From positions 1 through 44,942 of the forward strand of contig NIVC01004466.1 in NCBI GenBank assembly GCA_002269645.1: a stretch of 44,942 nt of DNA, given 5' to 3'. The stretch is from Macrostomum lignano. Taxonomy: Eukaryota. The notes beneath the pieces were generated by a model. The model was not told the origin of the DNA and did not search any database. It saw only the letters and a program-made list of their open reading frames with translations. Both the position numbers and the translations under genes were made by a program. Of this stretch, positions 10,853-26,944 are shown piece by piece (the stretch's first letter is position 1; every line of letters starts with the position of its first letter).

Positions 10853-12132
10853 GTAATAGATTCTTTTTACAGTTAATGGGTTAACAGACTCTGAGACAAA
10901 GTATACTAGTAGGTTTATGAATTTGTGGGCTTCATTTTGCAAAAAAATATCTAACTGATTAGTTTTGCTGATTATTCCTAAGTAGAAACGGTACATATAC
11001 ACGTGCGCCGTACGGCAAGATTTTGTAATTTGACCAAATTAAATATGCATATACAGTTCCATTTCTCAGAAACTAGTCCAAAATAAAAATTATATTTGAT
11101 TAAAAACCCTACATTTTTTTTAAATGCACATCAGAACTCGGAAATATTTATTGAAATGTTTTCTTAACTTTGCTTCAGAATAACGGGTCTTACGAAACAT
11201 ATCGGCAGTAAAAATTCAAGTCGAATGAATGAGTCCGATATTAAATTAAAGTATCTAAATATTATTTTATAGCATGACAATAATCTTGTTATTTTGAGAA
11301 CCCGTTGAATTTTTTCTGAAATTTTGAGTTTTAACTTCTTGCTTTTTTGCAAAATTTACACGCAAGACTCGCAGATATATATTTATTTATAATAAATCTC
11401 GTTAAGATGTCTGTATGATGCTACTGGTGATAAGTAGGCCAAGAATTAGTGCCAACATGTTAACTTTTGTTTAAATAAACGACGCAAACGAAAAATTGTG
11501 CGCCTATTTATGTTTAGAAACGACAAATTTATTGCAACCACACGGATGAACAGAGAGCATTTTAAACACCAACTAAAAGTTAAACAGACAGGCAGTGAAA
11601 ACATTGGTGAAGAAAAGCCGGTGACTTGTGACTGGCTGAACTGAATGCAAATAAATTACTAAAAAGTAATGAGAAGTGAATTTCAAAAGCAAAAAAATCA
11701 TTTAGTGTGCGATACATGCTACTGTCTCCTGCCAATTAAGCGAGTAGAAGACATATTTTTGGTAAACTTCATAGCTGACTAGGGTGAAATTAGATTCAAA
11801 GGCTATTTTTCAAAGAAATGCAAATCGTGAACAGCGTTATTGCATCACATGTTGGATCTGAGCCTTTGTAATGTTAGGAAGAATTTCAACAGAATAAAAA
11901 TTCTATAATTATGACGAATATCAAAGTGAAAACAATACAAATGGAAGGCATATACTACCTGTGTTCGTTGGTAGGAGCGCAATTTGGAGATAAACAGATG
12001 ACAGATGTTGAAGATTACAAGCACTGAACGGGGGTCACATATCAAAGTAACTGAAGTAGCACATAAGCGGGCAGCTTGGACGAGAAAATATGTGGAATGG
12101 ATGATTCAGCATATGAGATCCACTATGAATCC

Positions 12133-12710
12133 AGGATTTGGGATCTAGGGATCTGGGATCTGAGATCTCGGATCTGGGTCTAGGGTCTGAGATCTCGGAT
12201 CTGGGATCAAGAATCTGGGATCTGGGATCTGGATTTGGGATTTAGGATCTGGGATAGTAGGAACTGGAAGCTGGGATCTGGGATTTAGGATCTGGAATAG
12301 TAGGAACTGGAAGCTGGGATCTGGAATAGTAGGAACTGGAATCTAGGATCTGGGATAGTAGAAACTGGAATCTAGGATCTGGAATAGTAGCTAGGAACTG
12401 GAATCTAGGATCTGGAATAGTAGGAACTGGAAGCTGGGATCTGGGATTTAGGATCTAGGATAGTAGGAACTGGAATCTAGGATCTGGGATAGTAGGAACT
12501 GGAAGCTGGGATCTGGGATATAGGATCTGGAATAGTAGGAACTGGAAGCTGGGATCTGGAATAGTAACAACTGGAATCTAGGATCTGGGATATAGGATCT
12601 GGAATAGTAGGAACTGAAAGCTGGGATCTGGATTTGGGATTCAGGATCTGGGATAGTAGGAACTGGAAGCTGGGATCTGGATTTTGGATTCAGGATCTGG
12701 GTCAGTAGGA
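12133..12710. repeat. Compound GGATCT-core minisatellite (GGGATCT / ATAGTAGGAACTGGAAGCTGGGATCTGG units)
   Basis: Seen directly; it abuts the 5' end of the LINE. Confidence 0.9.
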
Positions 12711-13131
12711 ACAGTTAGGGGGGGGCAAACGGCAACTTAAACCGAGGGACTCTGTGACATCCGCCAGCTTTTCGTTTTTCGAGGAGGCTCTTCCCCCTCC
12801 TTTTCGTTCTGGCCTGGCGTGGAAGCGGCTAGCTTCCTCGTCTTGGTCTGCTAGTGGGGGGCGGATCCCCCCTGCTGCTTTTTTGCGGGGCAGGTGGCTG
12901 CTAAGTAGTTGGCTGCTGGCTAAGCGCCAACTACCCATCGACAGCCCTTAGTTGCAACTGGTACCACACGGGTTCTCGAGGGCCGCTCTTGTGGGGGAGG
13001 GCTCGGGCGTCGGCTGTCAACTCGACCTGGCGCCTGTGTCCCAAGCCCGCAGCCGGCCTCCCGCCCCCTGATCTTGCAGAGTGTGGACCGGGGGCCTGCC
13101 GGAGCCTCGCCTGGGAGCAATCCTGGGATAA

Positions 13132-18011
<4,880 letters not shown>

Positions 18012-18104
18012 TCCTCGTGCTCTTTTACCTTGGGGTTGCGATAGGGGCCTCGCGGCCTATTCGCGGCGCCTGCGCCCCCCGTCAGTAGTAAGTAAGTAAG
18101 TAAG

Positions 18105-18834
18105 TATGATGGAATCTGGGATCTGCATGATGGAATCTGGGATCTGCATGATGGAATCTGGGATCTGCATGATGGAATCTGGGATCTGCATAACAGAGTC
18201 TGGGATCTGCATGATGGAATCTGGGATCTGCATGATGGAATCTGGGATCTGCATGATGGAGTCTGGGATCTGCATAACAGAGTCTGGGATCTGCATGATG
18301 GAATCTGGGATCTGCATGATGGAGTCTGGGATCTGCATAACAGAGTCTGGGATCTGCATGATGGAATCTGGGATCTGCATGATGGAATCTGGGATCTGCA
18401 TGATGGAGTCTGGGATCTGCATAACAGAGTCTGGGATCTGCATGATGGAATCTGGGATCTGCATGATGGAATCTGGGATCTGCATGATGGAATCTGGGAT
18501 CTGCATGATGGAGTCTGGGATCTGCATAACAGAGTCTGGGATCTGCATGATGGAATCTGGGATCTGCATGATGGAATCTGGGATCTGCATGATGGAGTCT
18601 GGGATCTGCATAACAGAGTCTGGGATCTGCATGATGGAATCTGGGATCTGCATGATGGAATCTGGGATCTGCATGATGGAGTCTGGGATCTGCATAACAG
18701 AGTCTGGGATCTGCATGATGGAATCTGGGATCTGCATGATGGAATCTGGGATCTGCATGATGGAATCTGGGATCTGCATGATGGAATCTGGGATCTGCAT
18801 GATGGAATCTGGGATCTGCATGATGGAGTCTGGG
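18105..18834. repeat. 21-bp minisatellite (CATGATGGAATCTGGGATCTG, variant CATAACAGAGTCTGGGATCTG), about 35 copies
   Basis: Seen directly; starts immediately after the LINE tail. Confidence 0.96.
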
Positions 18835-18895
18835 TGGAGTCTGGAGTCTGGATGATGGAGTCTGGATGACACAAAAAAGCAATTTGCTGACAGAC

Positions 18896-19348
18896 CTGCA
18901 GGCCTTCCTGGTAGAAGCGCACTGTGGGCTTGGCCTGCTGCCCGCCGCTGCCGTCGCCAGCAAACAGGCGGTCACCGCAGCGCACGGCGCGCACTGGCAG
19001 GTGGCCCGTGATGGGCGTGAAGCCAATCAAGGATGAGGCATCGAAGGGGTCGCGGGCCGACACCTCATCGTCAGCCTCGTCGTCGGGCGCCGGAGGGGCA
19101 GGCGGAGGCGGCGGCTCGGCTTTGCCTTCGACAGCGGCCGAAGCTACTGACACCGGGGCGGAGCTGTCGCTGCCGCCGCTGGAGCTGTCAGCGCGACCTC
19201 GGCGACTTTCGGATGGCCGTTGCAACGTTTTTTGTTTTTTCTGCTGCGCCTTTTTTGGCTGGCGGCGCCTAGCAACTAGCCGGCGCTTTTGATTGGCTGT
19301 CGTTGCGACCGACCCGCCGACGGCTCCTTCTGGTGCTTCCTCTTCCTC
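18896..19348 (-). CDS. Exon of an uncharacterised zinc-finger-like gene (acidic, basic and Pro-rich linker, then a globular segment)
   Basis: Acceptor ccctcag ends at 19349; 453 bp, phase 0-0. Translates EEEEAPEG...KRRLVARRRQPKK...PFDASSLIGFTPITGHLPVRAVRCGDRLF..TVRFYQEGLQ. The donor GTCTGT is weak and downstream exons are unresolved. Confidence 0.6.
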
Positions 19349-19783
19349 CTGAGGGATTTTTAAATTTCCAAGAAATTCAACTTTATCAAGACATTTAAAA
19401 CACTAGAATAAATAGAAGCGTTACTCGCAAAATGCGTTCATCTACTCTTAATCAGTAGCAAAATTAGCGTTTTTTGCCTTTGTGAGAGTAAAACTAGAAA
19501 TTCATTAGTTTTACAATCTGATATAATCTACAGACTTTCTACAGACAGACTAATAAAAAATCAGCATATTAATCCCGCTTTACCGACTTCAGACTGCCTG
19601 AGACTCGAAATTTATACCCAACAACATAAAAATTCATCTGTGGGTGCCACTTTTGAGAGTGCAGTGCAAAGTCAGGCCGATAAACTGTTAGGCTTAAGCC
19701 TAAAGCGCTTTCTTCTTGCCAGCTCATGTCTGACTTTGACTTTGACCAGAAGATTGGGATACCAGAAGCAACCCCTTGCTTAC

Positions 19784-19954
19784 CTCCTCGTCCTCTCCAT
19801 TCTGGCTGTTGACTACGGCGGCGCGTAGAGAAGGTCTGGCCCGCTTCCGCGAGTTGCTGCCGGATGCAGACGCAGCGGTGGCATCAGCGGATGCGGATGT
19901 GCCACCCGAAGCCGATGGCTTGCCGGGAAAGCTGATATGGCAACGCATTTTACC
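19784..19954 (-). CDS. Middle exon of the same zinc-finger-like gene
   Basis: Acceptor ttttcacgcag ends at 19955, donor gtaagc at 19783; 171 bp, phase 0-0. Translates GKMRCHISFPGKP...RKRARP...GEDEE. Confidence 0.65.
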
Positions 19955-20171
19955 CTGCGTGAAAATTGGTTGGAATTTCACACTGCCAAAGCTAGCAAAA
20001 GTGACTACATAGAAATACTAGCGATTTTGTACTGAATTTTGATTATGTAAAGTTTTGAGTTCGAGTTGAGCTAAGTAAAATTCCAAGAATTTGAAAGCAA
20101 GACAAAGACAAAGGTGATGTATCTTAGAAACAAACAATGATTGGGGCCCCAAGGTTACAACAAGAACTTAC

Positions 20172-20357
20172 CTGGCCATTATGAGCTTGCCGACAATGCT
20201 TATCGATGATGGTCTTCTTGTTAGTGACCATCTGGCACAATGAGCACACATGTACACTAGATGCTGGCTGGCTGCAGCTCACTGTATGCTGCAGAAATGT
20301 ACTTAGATCAGCATAAGACTTCTTGCAATTTTTGCAGGCTAAATCTACTAAAACCAT
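20172..20357 (-). CDS. 5' exon with two C2H2/C2HC-like zinc-finger motifs
   Basis: CKNC-x12-HTVSC and CSLC...HCRQAH. Donor gtaagt at 20171, phase 0. The start codon is uncertain. Confidence 0.6.
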
Positions 20358-21635
20358 ATTGATCCTGCTGATGGTGATAACTGGCTGAAATCAAGTTTAG
20401 TAGAAAGATTATCTCCAAAATCTAAATATAAACAAAGATTATTCACTAGACCAGACTATATTTTGATTTTAATTCCTCAGCTTAAAGAATTAAAGATAAT
20501 ATTTCTTCCATCTTTCTAATGGCTTGCATTTTATTTAAAATTTAGACAAAAGTTAAAAACTTCATTATGAAATTTGCTTAGTTATTATCAACATAGATGA
20601 TTTTTAAAGGCTAAAATTATACAAGGCTAGTCAGTACTTCTCTATATTTTTTGTCATCTATAATATGAAATTATTCTCAAAGAACTTAAATTTTATCATC
20701 TAAAAAAAGCCTCAGTAAAATGTATGACACCATTTTTGATCATTTTTGGCTATAACCTATGCTTTTAACTCTTTTGTCTTATTTTAGGCCTTATAGTCAG
20801 GAAGGTGTAATGTATGCCAAAATTTCCCTGGCGGCTCACTGAGCACATGAAACTGGATTGTCTATCCAGAAGTCTTGTGTCTGGGTTCTGTAAGTCTACA
20901 ACTGATCTCCCTCTACTTAAGTGCACATATCTCATGAAATACAAATCTGAATCAATTGCAAAAGTCTTTTTAAAGAAGATACTTATTGCTTTTAAAGGAA
21001 ACCAAACTTGTGTCAATTCAGCTTTTGCCAAGTTAAGAAAAGTTCAAATTTTTAATAATGGTGCCCAACACTGAGTATATCTTAAACAAAATATTAGTTA
21101 GGCCCCCAAAAATTAAAAAGTTAATTAGGTATATATTTATTAAAGCTAAATGTTTATAATAACTTTTGATACTGAAATTTACCATTTGTTCTTTTTTTAA
21201 AAATACAAAATGTTAGTGGCTTCATATGCCACAAAATCTTGTCTATGGCAAAGAGAGCCTAGACTATAAAGTGCTATATAATAAAGGGTAGTTAGCAAAT
21301 AAAAGGGAAGAAAAGGAAGGCATAAGTTAACATAAGAATGTATCAAGTGTTAGTAAAAATCTAAGTTTTAATCTTCCAAGTCTTGTGTGAGTTATATTGT
21401 TGTAAAGACCCACAAGGATAATACAAAAGTATCAATTTTTTAAGTCAAATGTCAATATTTTAGTTTTTTTAGATAATATCTAAATTTAGATAGTAATGTA
21501 GTATCTAAATTTAGATGGTAATGGTGACGATACCTATATTGAAAAAGTACATATACTAGGCCTAGTAGAAACCACTCAGGTTAGAATTTTATCAGAATAC
21601 ATTAGAATTTAAAATATTGGCAATTGTTATTATTA

Positions 21636-22056
21636 CAGTGACCACATAAATAATAAGACAAACTTGCTGTGCAAATACTGTGATGGTTAAATTAAAAAAA
21701 AGTAACATGTTATTCATAAATATGATAGTAACTTTTAGTTCTAGTGGTTTTTGGCATGGTAGTTTACTTTTAGGTAATTGCTAACTATTACATTGTAATC
21801 AAACTGAAATTTCTTCTACATGACAGTAAAAATAGTTATTTTGCTTCCTATTTACAGTGACCATAAAAAAAACAGTTTTGCTATTTATATGGTTACATTA
21901 AGTAAAGACAATAGGCCCAGATAGTGTCTTATGCATTAACTGTAAAAACAATCATTTTGCTATTTATATGGTTACATTAAGTAAAGACCATAGGCCCAGA
22001 TAGTGTCTTATGCATTAACTGTAAAAACAATCATTTTGTTATTTATATGGTCACTG
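21636..22056. mobile_element. Tc1/mariner-type non-autonomous TIR element (MITE) with an internal 79-bp tandem duplication
   Basis: TA|CAGTGACCACATAAATAA ... TTATTTATATGGTCACTG|TA (18-bp TIR, 1 mismatch, TA target). An extra TIR-like copy lies at about 21855; the 79-bp unit repeats at 21876, 21955 and 22034. Confidence 0.8.
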
Positions 22057-24680
22057 TAACAATAGCAACTGCCTAAAAGAATACTTAAATAGTGTGGTAG
22101 GCCAGACTACCATTGTCTGAGCAGAATGAGACTTCCATTGGCAATGATTAATTATTTCTCCTTTCAGTGGTGACTTATATTTTTGAATTTTCTGTTAGTA
22201 TTTCTTTATGCTTTCAGGATAAAAGCAAGTTTTTTCCCATTAATTTGGTGCTCATTATTCAATCTTGCGCTCATATTTATCCAATGTGATACAATAATCC
22301 TGCACTTTTGCGATCCATTATTTAGCCTTAAGCTTTATGGTAAAAGCCCACACCAATGTGACTACATTTATCCTCATGCAATATAGTAACCTATCTGTTC
22401 ATTTGTGTTTCATTCTTTGGGTAACCCCATCTTACTGTAAACTTTTCTAGCATGCCATCAAAGTGTAGAAAGTCTTCCTTCTTTTCCTTATACTTTCAGG
22501 AGAAAAGCAGCATTAATCTGTAAACATCTCAGTTTTAATTGTAAACTGAATGTAACTTTTCCCAATTCTACAAGCATTTTGCTATTTGAGCCAAGTAATC
22601 TTTTGCCCCACTCAGGTCAAGCTGCCCTGGTTCAAGGCTTTGTCCTTAGCGGAGGACATCTGAGGCTAACCAACCCTTTTTCTTTGTTCTGATCAAGCCT
22701 AAGCCTGGTAAATTTTGTAAAGGCCCCTCAGTTTAGGCTCCATTTCCCATTATTTTTTTCATGTGCCCTTTTCTGTGTAACTCCATTTGGAGATTCCTGC
22801 TTATTATGCATATCTTGATTGCTAACCTTATTTTGTCAAAAAAACTTTAGTAAAGAGCCCACAGCTACTCCCTTACTGACAATCTCTTAACTAATGTTTA
22901 TGCCAATACCTCTCTTTTACCTAACCCATTTATGTGAGCTGTTCAGGCCCTTCCTATTTTAAATCAATTGGACATATCTGCATCTGCCTTAGCCCAAGAG
23001 AGGCAACTCTGGAACCCTACCTTGTGGTTAAAGTTTTATTGCTCTAAAATTCACTCACCTACCCCATCTCTGTGTGTGCCTCCATAGAGTGCATAGGAAT
23101 GATGACCCCTTTTTCAGTAGTTGCTTTTTATTTCTAGTGGTTGGTTCATATTTCCTCCAGTTGGTTATCTGTGTTATATATACATGTAAACCAATTTTCA
23201 TTCTCAATTTCTTAACTCTGTTTGCAATTAATTGACCTGCATTGTCAGCATTTTGTTTTGGTTTGCAACTTTCACTCAATTGGCAACAATGGACAATGAC
23301 CTAACACTGTAAGCACTGGAATTGTGCTTATATCAAAGCAAAAAAACAATGGCCTCCTCTTGTCTCGACTGTTGTATCTAGCCAGACCAGCTCTACACTA
23401 AAGGGCAAAAAACAAAGCTGAGGTTCGAAAACCAAGCCAGCAGCCTGCAATCATATGACACAGTAGACTCGTAGCAATGCTTTAGGGGGGGTGATATGGT
23501 TGCCTAACAATGGGACAAAGAAAAATGCTTGAGCAATAACCCTGCCCTGCTCAAACTATACATTGCTTTTCATTTTGTCAACTAAACCAATTTGCTTGCT
23601 TGACTAAAAAATATACTGTCTTGAATAATTTGTGGTACACAAAGAGAATTTGGAGATGTGAGCCTCACACTTATAGCAGGGCTCTTAGAGGCCAGTGTGT
23701 TAGAAATTCTTTCTGACTTGTGAGCAGAAGATAACAGGAATAAAAACTGTTATAGACACTGGGAGGTTATGACAAGTTGCCACTCAGCCATGAGATCCGC
23801 AAAGCCCTTGACTGTGTCAATGACCCCAGTAATGGCTATGCCTATAGCAAGGCTGACCCCTTTAATCAGGCTATGTTGGATGAGTTTGACCCCCACAGCA
23901 AAGATATATCTGGCTCCCATCAACCAAGCTAACATCCCCGAGCTACTGGCAGTGCCTACAAATAGTCTAGGGTTGTGGGCTGCATGACTTGATAAAGGTT
24001 GTTAGGGCAGAGCCATTGGCCTCTGAACTAGAGGCTATCTAGGCCTGGAGCCTAACCAACATCTGACACCCCCTTCCTGTCCTTGAGCTGGACAAGTAGT
24101 TCTATCCAGCCATTGCTAGTAGGAGCAGCTGCTGCAGAACCCAATCAAGACTAGGCATAACACCTTGCCAAACTACTATTATAGGAGTTTGCCAGCAATT
24201 CTGTGGCCCAACAAATGAGTGATTGTCATCACTAGGGTGGCTATGCTTAAAATTTTGGACAGCCAACAACTGTCTGCGCTGTCAAGTTGACTGCCAACCT
24301 GCTATGCAAGCATACATGCGCAACCTCCAAAATTTGGTCAGCTGTGCAACTTAGTTTTAACAAAAATGCGATGTAGTTTTTGGCCAAAAATGCGACTTCC
24401 ATGTAAAAAAAACCTAAAGCAAAATTAATGCAACTTTGGGTAAATGGCAGGGGCCGATTTCACGAAACACTACTAACAGCTATTTAGCCACTGCTAACTG
24501 CTAAAAGCAGTGGCTGGGTTTCTCAAAGTGAATGCTAAGTAGCAGCGTCTAGCTGTCTATGGCTAGCAGGTCAGATTGGGTGCTGAGGGTGGGAGAGTTG
24601 ATTTCACAAAGCTAGCAGACGTTGACTAGCAAGGCTAAACTAGCAGCTGCTTTTCAGCCAGCCTCAACCCTGGTTAGTCA

Positions 24681-25751
24681 ATGAATTTCCTCTATCTTAA
24701 TAACCTTCTACAAGACGGTCCGCATCGGGAGCCACGAGTTTACCTCGATAGACAGAATTTTGCTGTCAGTGCTGAATTCACACAAAGATTCCGACTGAGT
24801 CCAGCTACTGCGGAGCATCTTGTGCAAAGAATTGGTCCTTAGCTGGTGCCTTCTACGCAGCGAAGTTGTGCTCTGTCCCCACGGGAACAAGTCTTGACTG
24901 CTTTGCGCTTCTATGCAACGAATAGCTTTTATCACGTGCTATGGGATGCGCATGGCCCATCGACTGCATCCGTCTGCTGTGCAGTGCGCAATGTGTCACA
25001 GGCTATGAATGAGCAGCTCTTCCAGCAGGTGCGCTGGCCCAAGGATTTGCACCGAATTGGCCGTGACTTTTTTCGAGTCGCTCGCATGCCATCCGTGTGT
25101 GGCCTGGTGGATGGAACGTTGGTCCCAATCATCGCCCCAAGAGTCAATGAGGAGCAATTTGTGGACCGTAAGGGCCAACACTCATTGAACATGATGCTCG
25201 TGTCAGGTCCCCAACACCAATTCCTGGCATGTAACGTGTCCTGGCCAGGAAGTGTGAACGGCGTTCGCGCGCTGCGTAATAGCAGCGTGTATGATGCATT
25301 TGAGAATGCAGGATTTTGACCATTTCACGATGCAGTCTTATTGGGAGACTCAATCTACCCATGCCTTGAATGGCTGGTCCCACCTGTCCACAGTGACAAT
25401 CTCCTGGTTGCATCTCGGCAGTTCTACCGGGCACATTGAGTGACGTGCTCCTCGGTTGAGCGGAGCATTGGCCTACTGAAGCTAAGGTTTCCGTGTCTGC
25501 GGATGCTGTGCGTGGCGACCCCCAAGTTGGCTGGTGAGATTGTGAAGACATGCGTCACACTACACAATCTCTGCATAAGCATCGAGGGAGAAGTTGACAA
25601 CAACATCGTTCAGTAATACAACATCACGGAGGAAGAAGATGCTGGAGGACATCATGCCGTGGCAGCTCACGTTGCTCCTTATGGAGCTCACCGACGGGAC
25701 AGACGTGGCGCTATTGTGGTCTACACTGTGGTTGTCATTTGTCAGTGGTAA
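24681..25751 (+). pseudogene. Harbinger (HARBI1-like) DDE transposase with 4 in-frame stops and no frameshift
   Basis: QVLTALRFYAT, GLVDGTLVPI, FVDRKGQHSLN, WPGSVN, LLGDSIYP, SSVERSIGLLKLRF and CVTLHNLC. Stops at 24840, 25317, 25437 and 25614. Confidence 0.9.
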
Positions 25752-26076
25752 CAAACCATTGCTACTTTACATGCGATAGTTGTGTCCAAATTTGTGTCGA
25801 AAGTTTGTTTTGGTATTCATGTTTTTGGAAGGAAGTGGTCACTGTATTACTACATGTACCTTCGGCATATGAAAGCAAAATGGATAAGGCCAAACAGCCC
25901 CCTGTCAATTGTCAACGCTTCAATAAATGCATATTATCCATTGTGTATTTCCAGCACGATACTATGATGTATTTTTCGTGAAAAACGATTGTAACATCAA
26001 TATACATGTACTGAAATGTAACAACAGTAGCAGTAACAACAAACCTTGAGCAGCTAAAGGCACCATACTGCAAGGC

Positions 26077-26805
26077 TTAAATACCATCATGCACCGACCT
26101 CGTCTTCAACTCTCGGATCTCAAGCTTCAGCTTTTCATTTCGCAACCGTAAATTTTTGAGCAGAAACTCTTCCTTCTCGTCGTATATCTTGCGCTTCAGC
26201 TGCTTCCTTGGAGTGTCAGGTTCTGGATCTCGAATTGGACTATGTGCTTCAGCCAGCAGTTCTATCATCGAAGGCCTGCCAGATTTGCAACGCGAGTGAG
26301 CGTCCGATGGTCCACCAGTCTCACTCTCGACTTGTGTCGATCGAAGAACGGCCATCTCCATGCCTTTTCCCAAACAGCTAGAAGACTTCGATTGCGCTTC
26401 ACCATTCAAAACGTTTGAATCTTCAACACTCAGTCCGACGACACTGGCACTCTTCCTTCTGATGATCTGCAGCACGAGATCGTCCAGTTTGGTGATTTTG
26501 CGCTCAGCCTCAAGGCCCCCATTGCTTCCTGTCTTTCTTCTTTCATCATTCTTCTTAATTGCTCCCAGCCTCAGATTTTTCCAGAGCATGTCTCTCAGCT
26601 GCGTCACCGATTTGTCTACACTGTGAGCCACTATGATGCTTTGCACTTCGTTCCATGCTTGCAGCTTTCTCTTCTTACCGTCCGCATAGTCGTCGAATTT
26701 TCCCATAAGGACATCCTTCCATTGTAGCATCTCAAGCAGAAACAGCTTCTTGTTCTTGTTCGACACCATGGCAGAATGGTCACAGACGGGCCGATCCAGC
26801 GACAA
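26077..26805 (-). CDS. Harbinger ORF: Myb/SANT-like DNA-binding protein
   Basis: KKRKLQAWNEV..SVTQLRDMLWKNLR..KKNDERRKTGSNGG trihelix pattern and a C-terminal coiled coil (LRLRNEKLKLEIREL). Convergent with the nuclease, as typical of Harbinger. Confidence 0.85.
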   Translation of the reverse strand: MSLDRPVCDHSAMVSNKNKKLFLLEMLQWKDVLMGKFDDYADGKKRKLQAWNEVQSIIVAHSVDKSVTQLRDMLWKNLRLGAIKKNDERRKTGSNGGLEAERKITKLDDLVLQIIRRKSASVVGLSVEDSNVLNGEAQSKSSSCLGKGMEMAVLRSTQVESETGGPSDAHSRCKSGRPSMIELLAEAHSPIRDPEPDTPRKQLKRKIYDEKEEFLLKNLRLRNEKLKLEIRELKTRSVHDGI

Positions 26806-26944
26806 CCAGAGAATGATGTATGCGTCTCCTTTGGTATGTTTATTACAAAAAGAACTTTATAAATTATAAAGTATGAAGTAGGGCTTTCTTGACGCAGAAA
26901 AGGCACAAATCAATAATTGTCTTAGTGACGCCTCATGTCTATGG

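Noticed and set aside
11845-12050. Possible downstream exons of the zinc-finger-like gene
   Set aside because: Candidate acceptors give stops in phase 0. Only a speculative phase-1 path stays open, with no protein motif to support it.
12712-12960. HDV-like ribozyme at the LINE 5' end (TCCTCGT and GCTAA motifs present)
   Set aside because: I could not build P3/P1/P2 pairings in the required order; these motifs fall in ordinary hairpins.
20708-21075. Possible Tc1-like MITE (CTCAGT..CACCATT / AATGGTG..ACTGAG)
   Set aside because: The inverted match is too short and gapped, and there is no clean TA TSD.
22400-24200. Purine-biased, coding-like decayed sequence (possible old transposase or gene)
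   Set aside because: Many stops in all frames and no motif I could assign.
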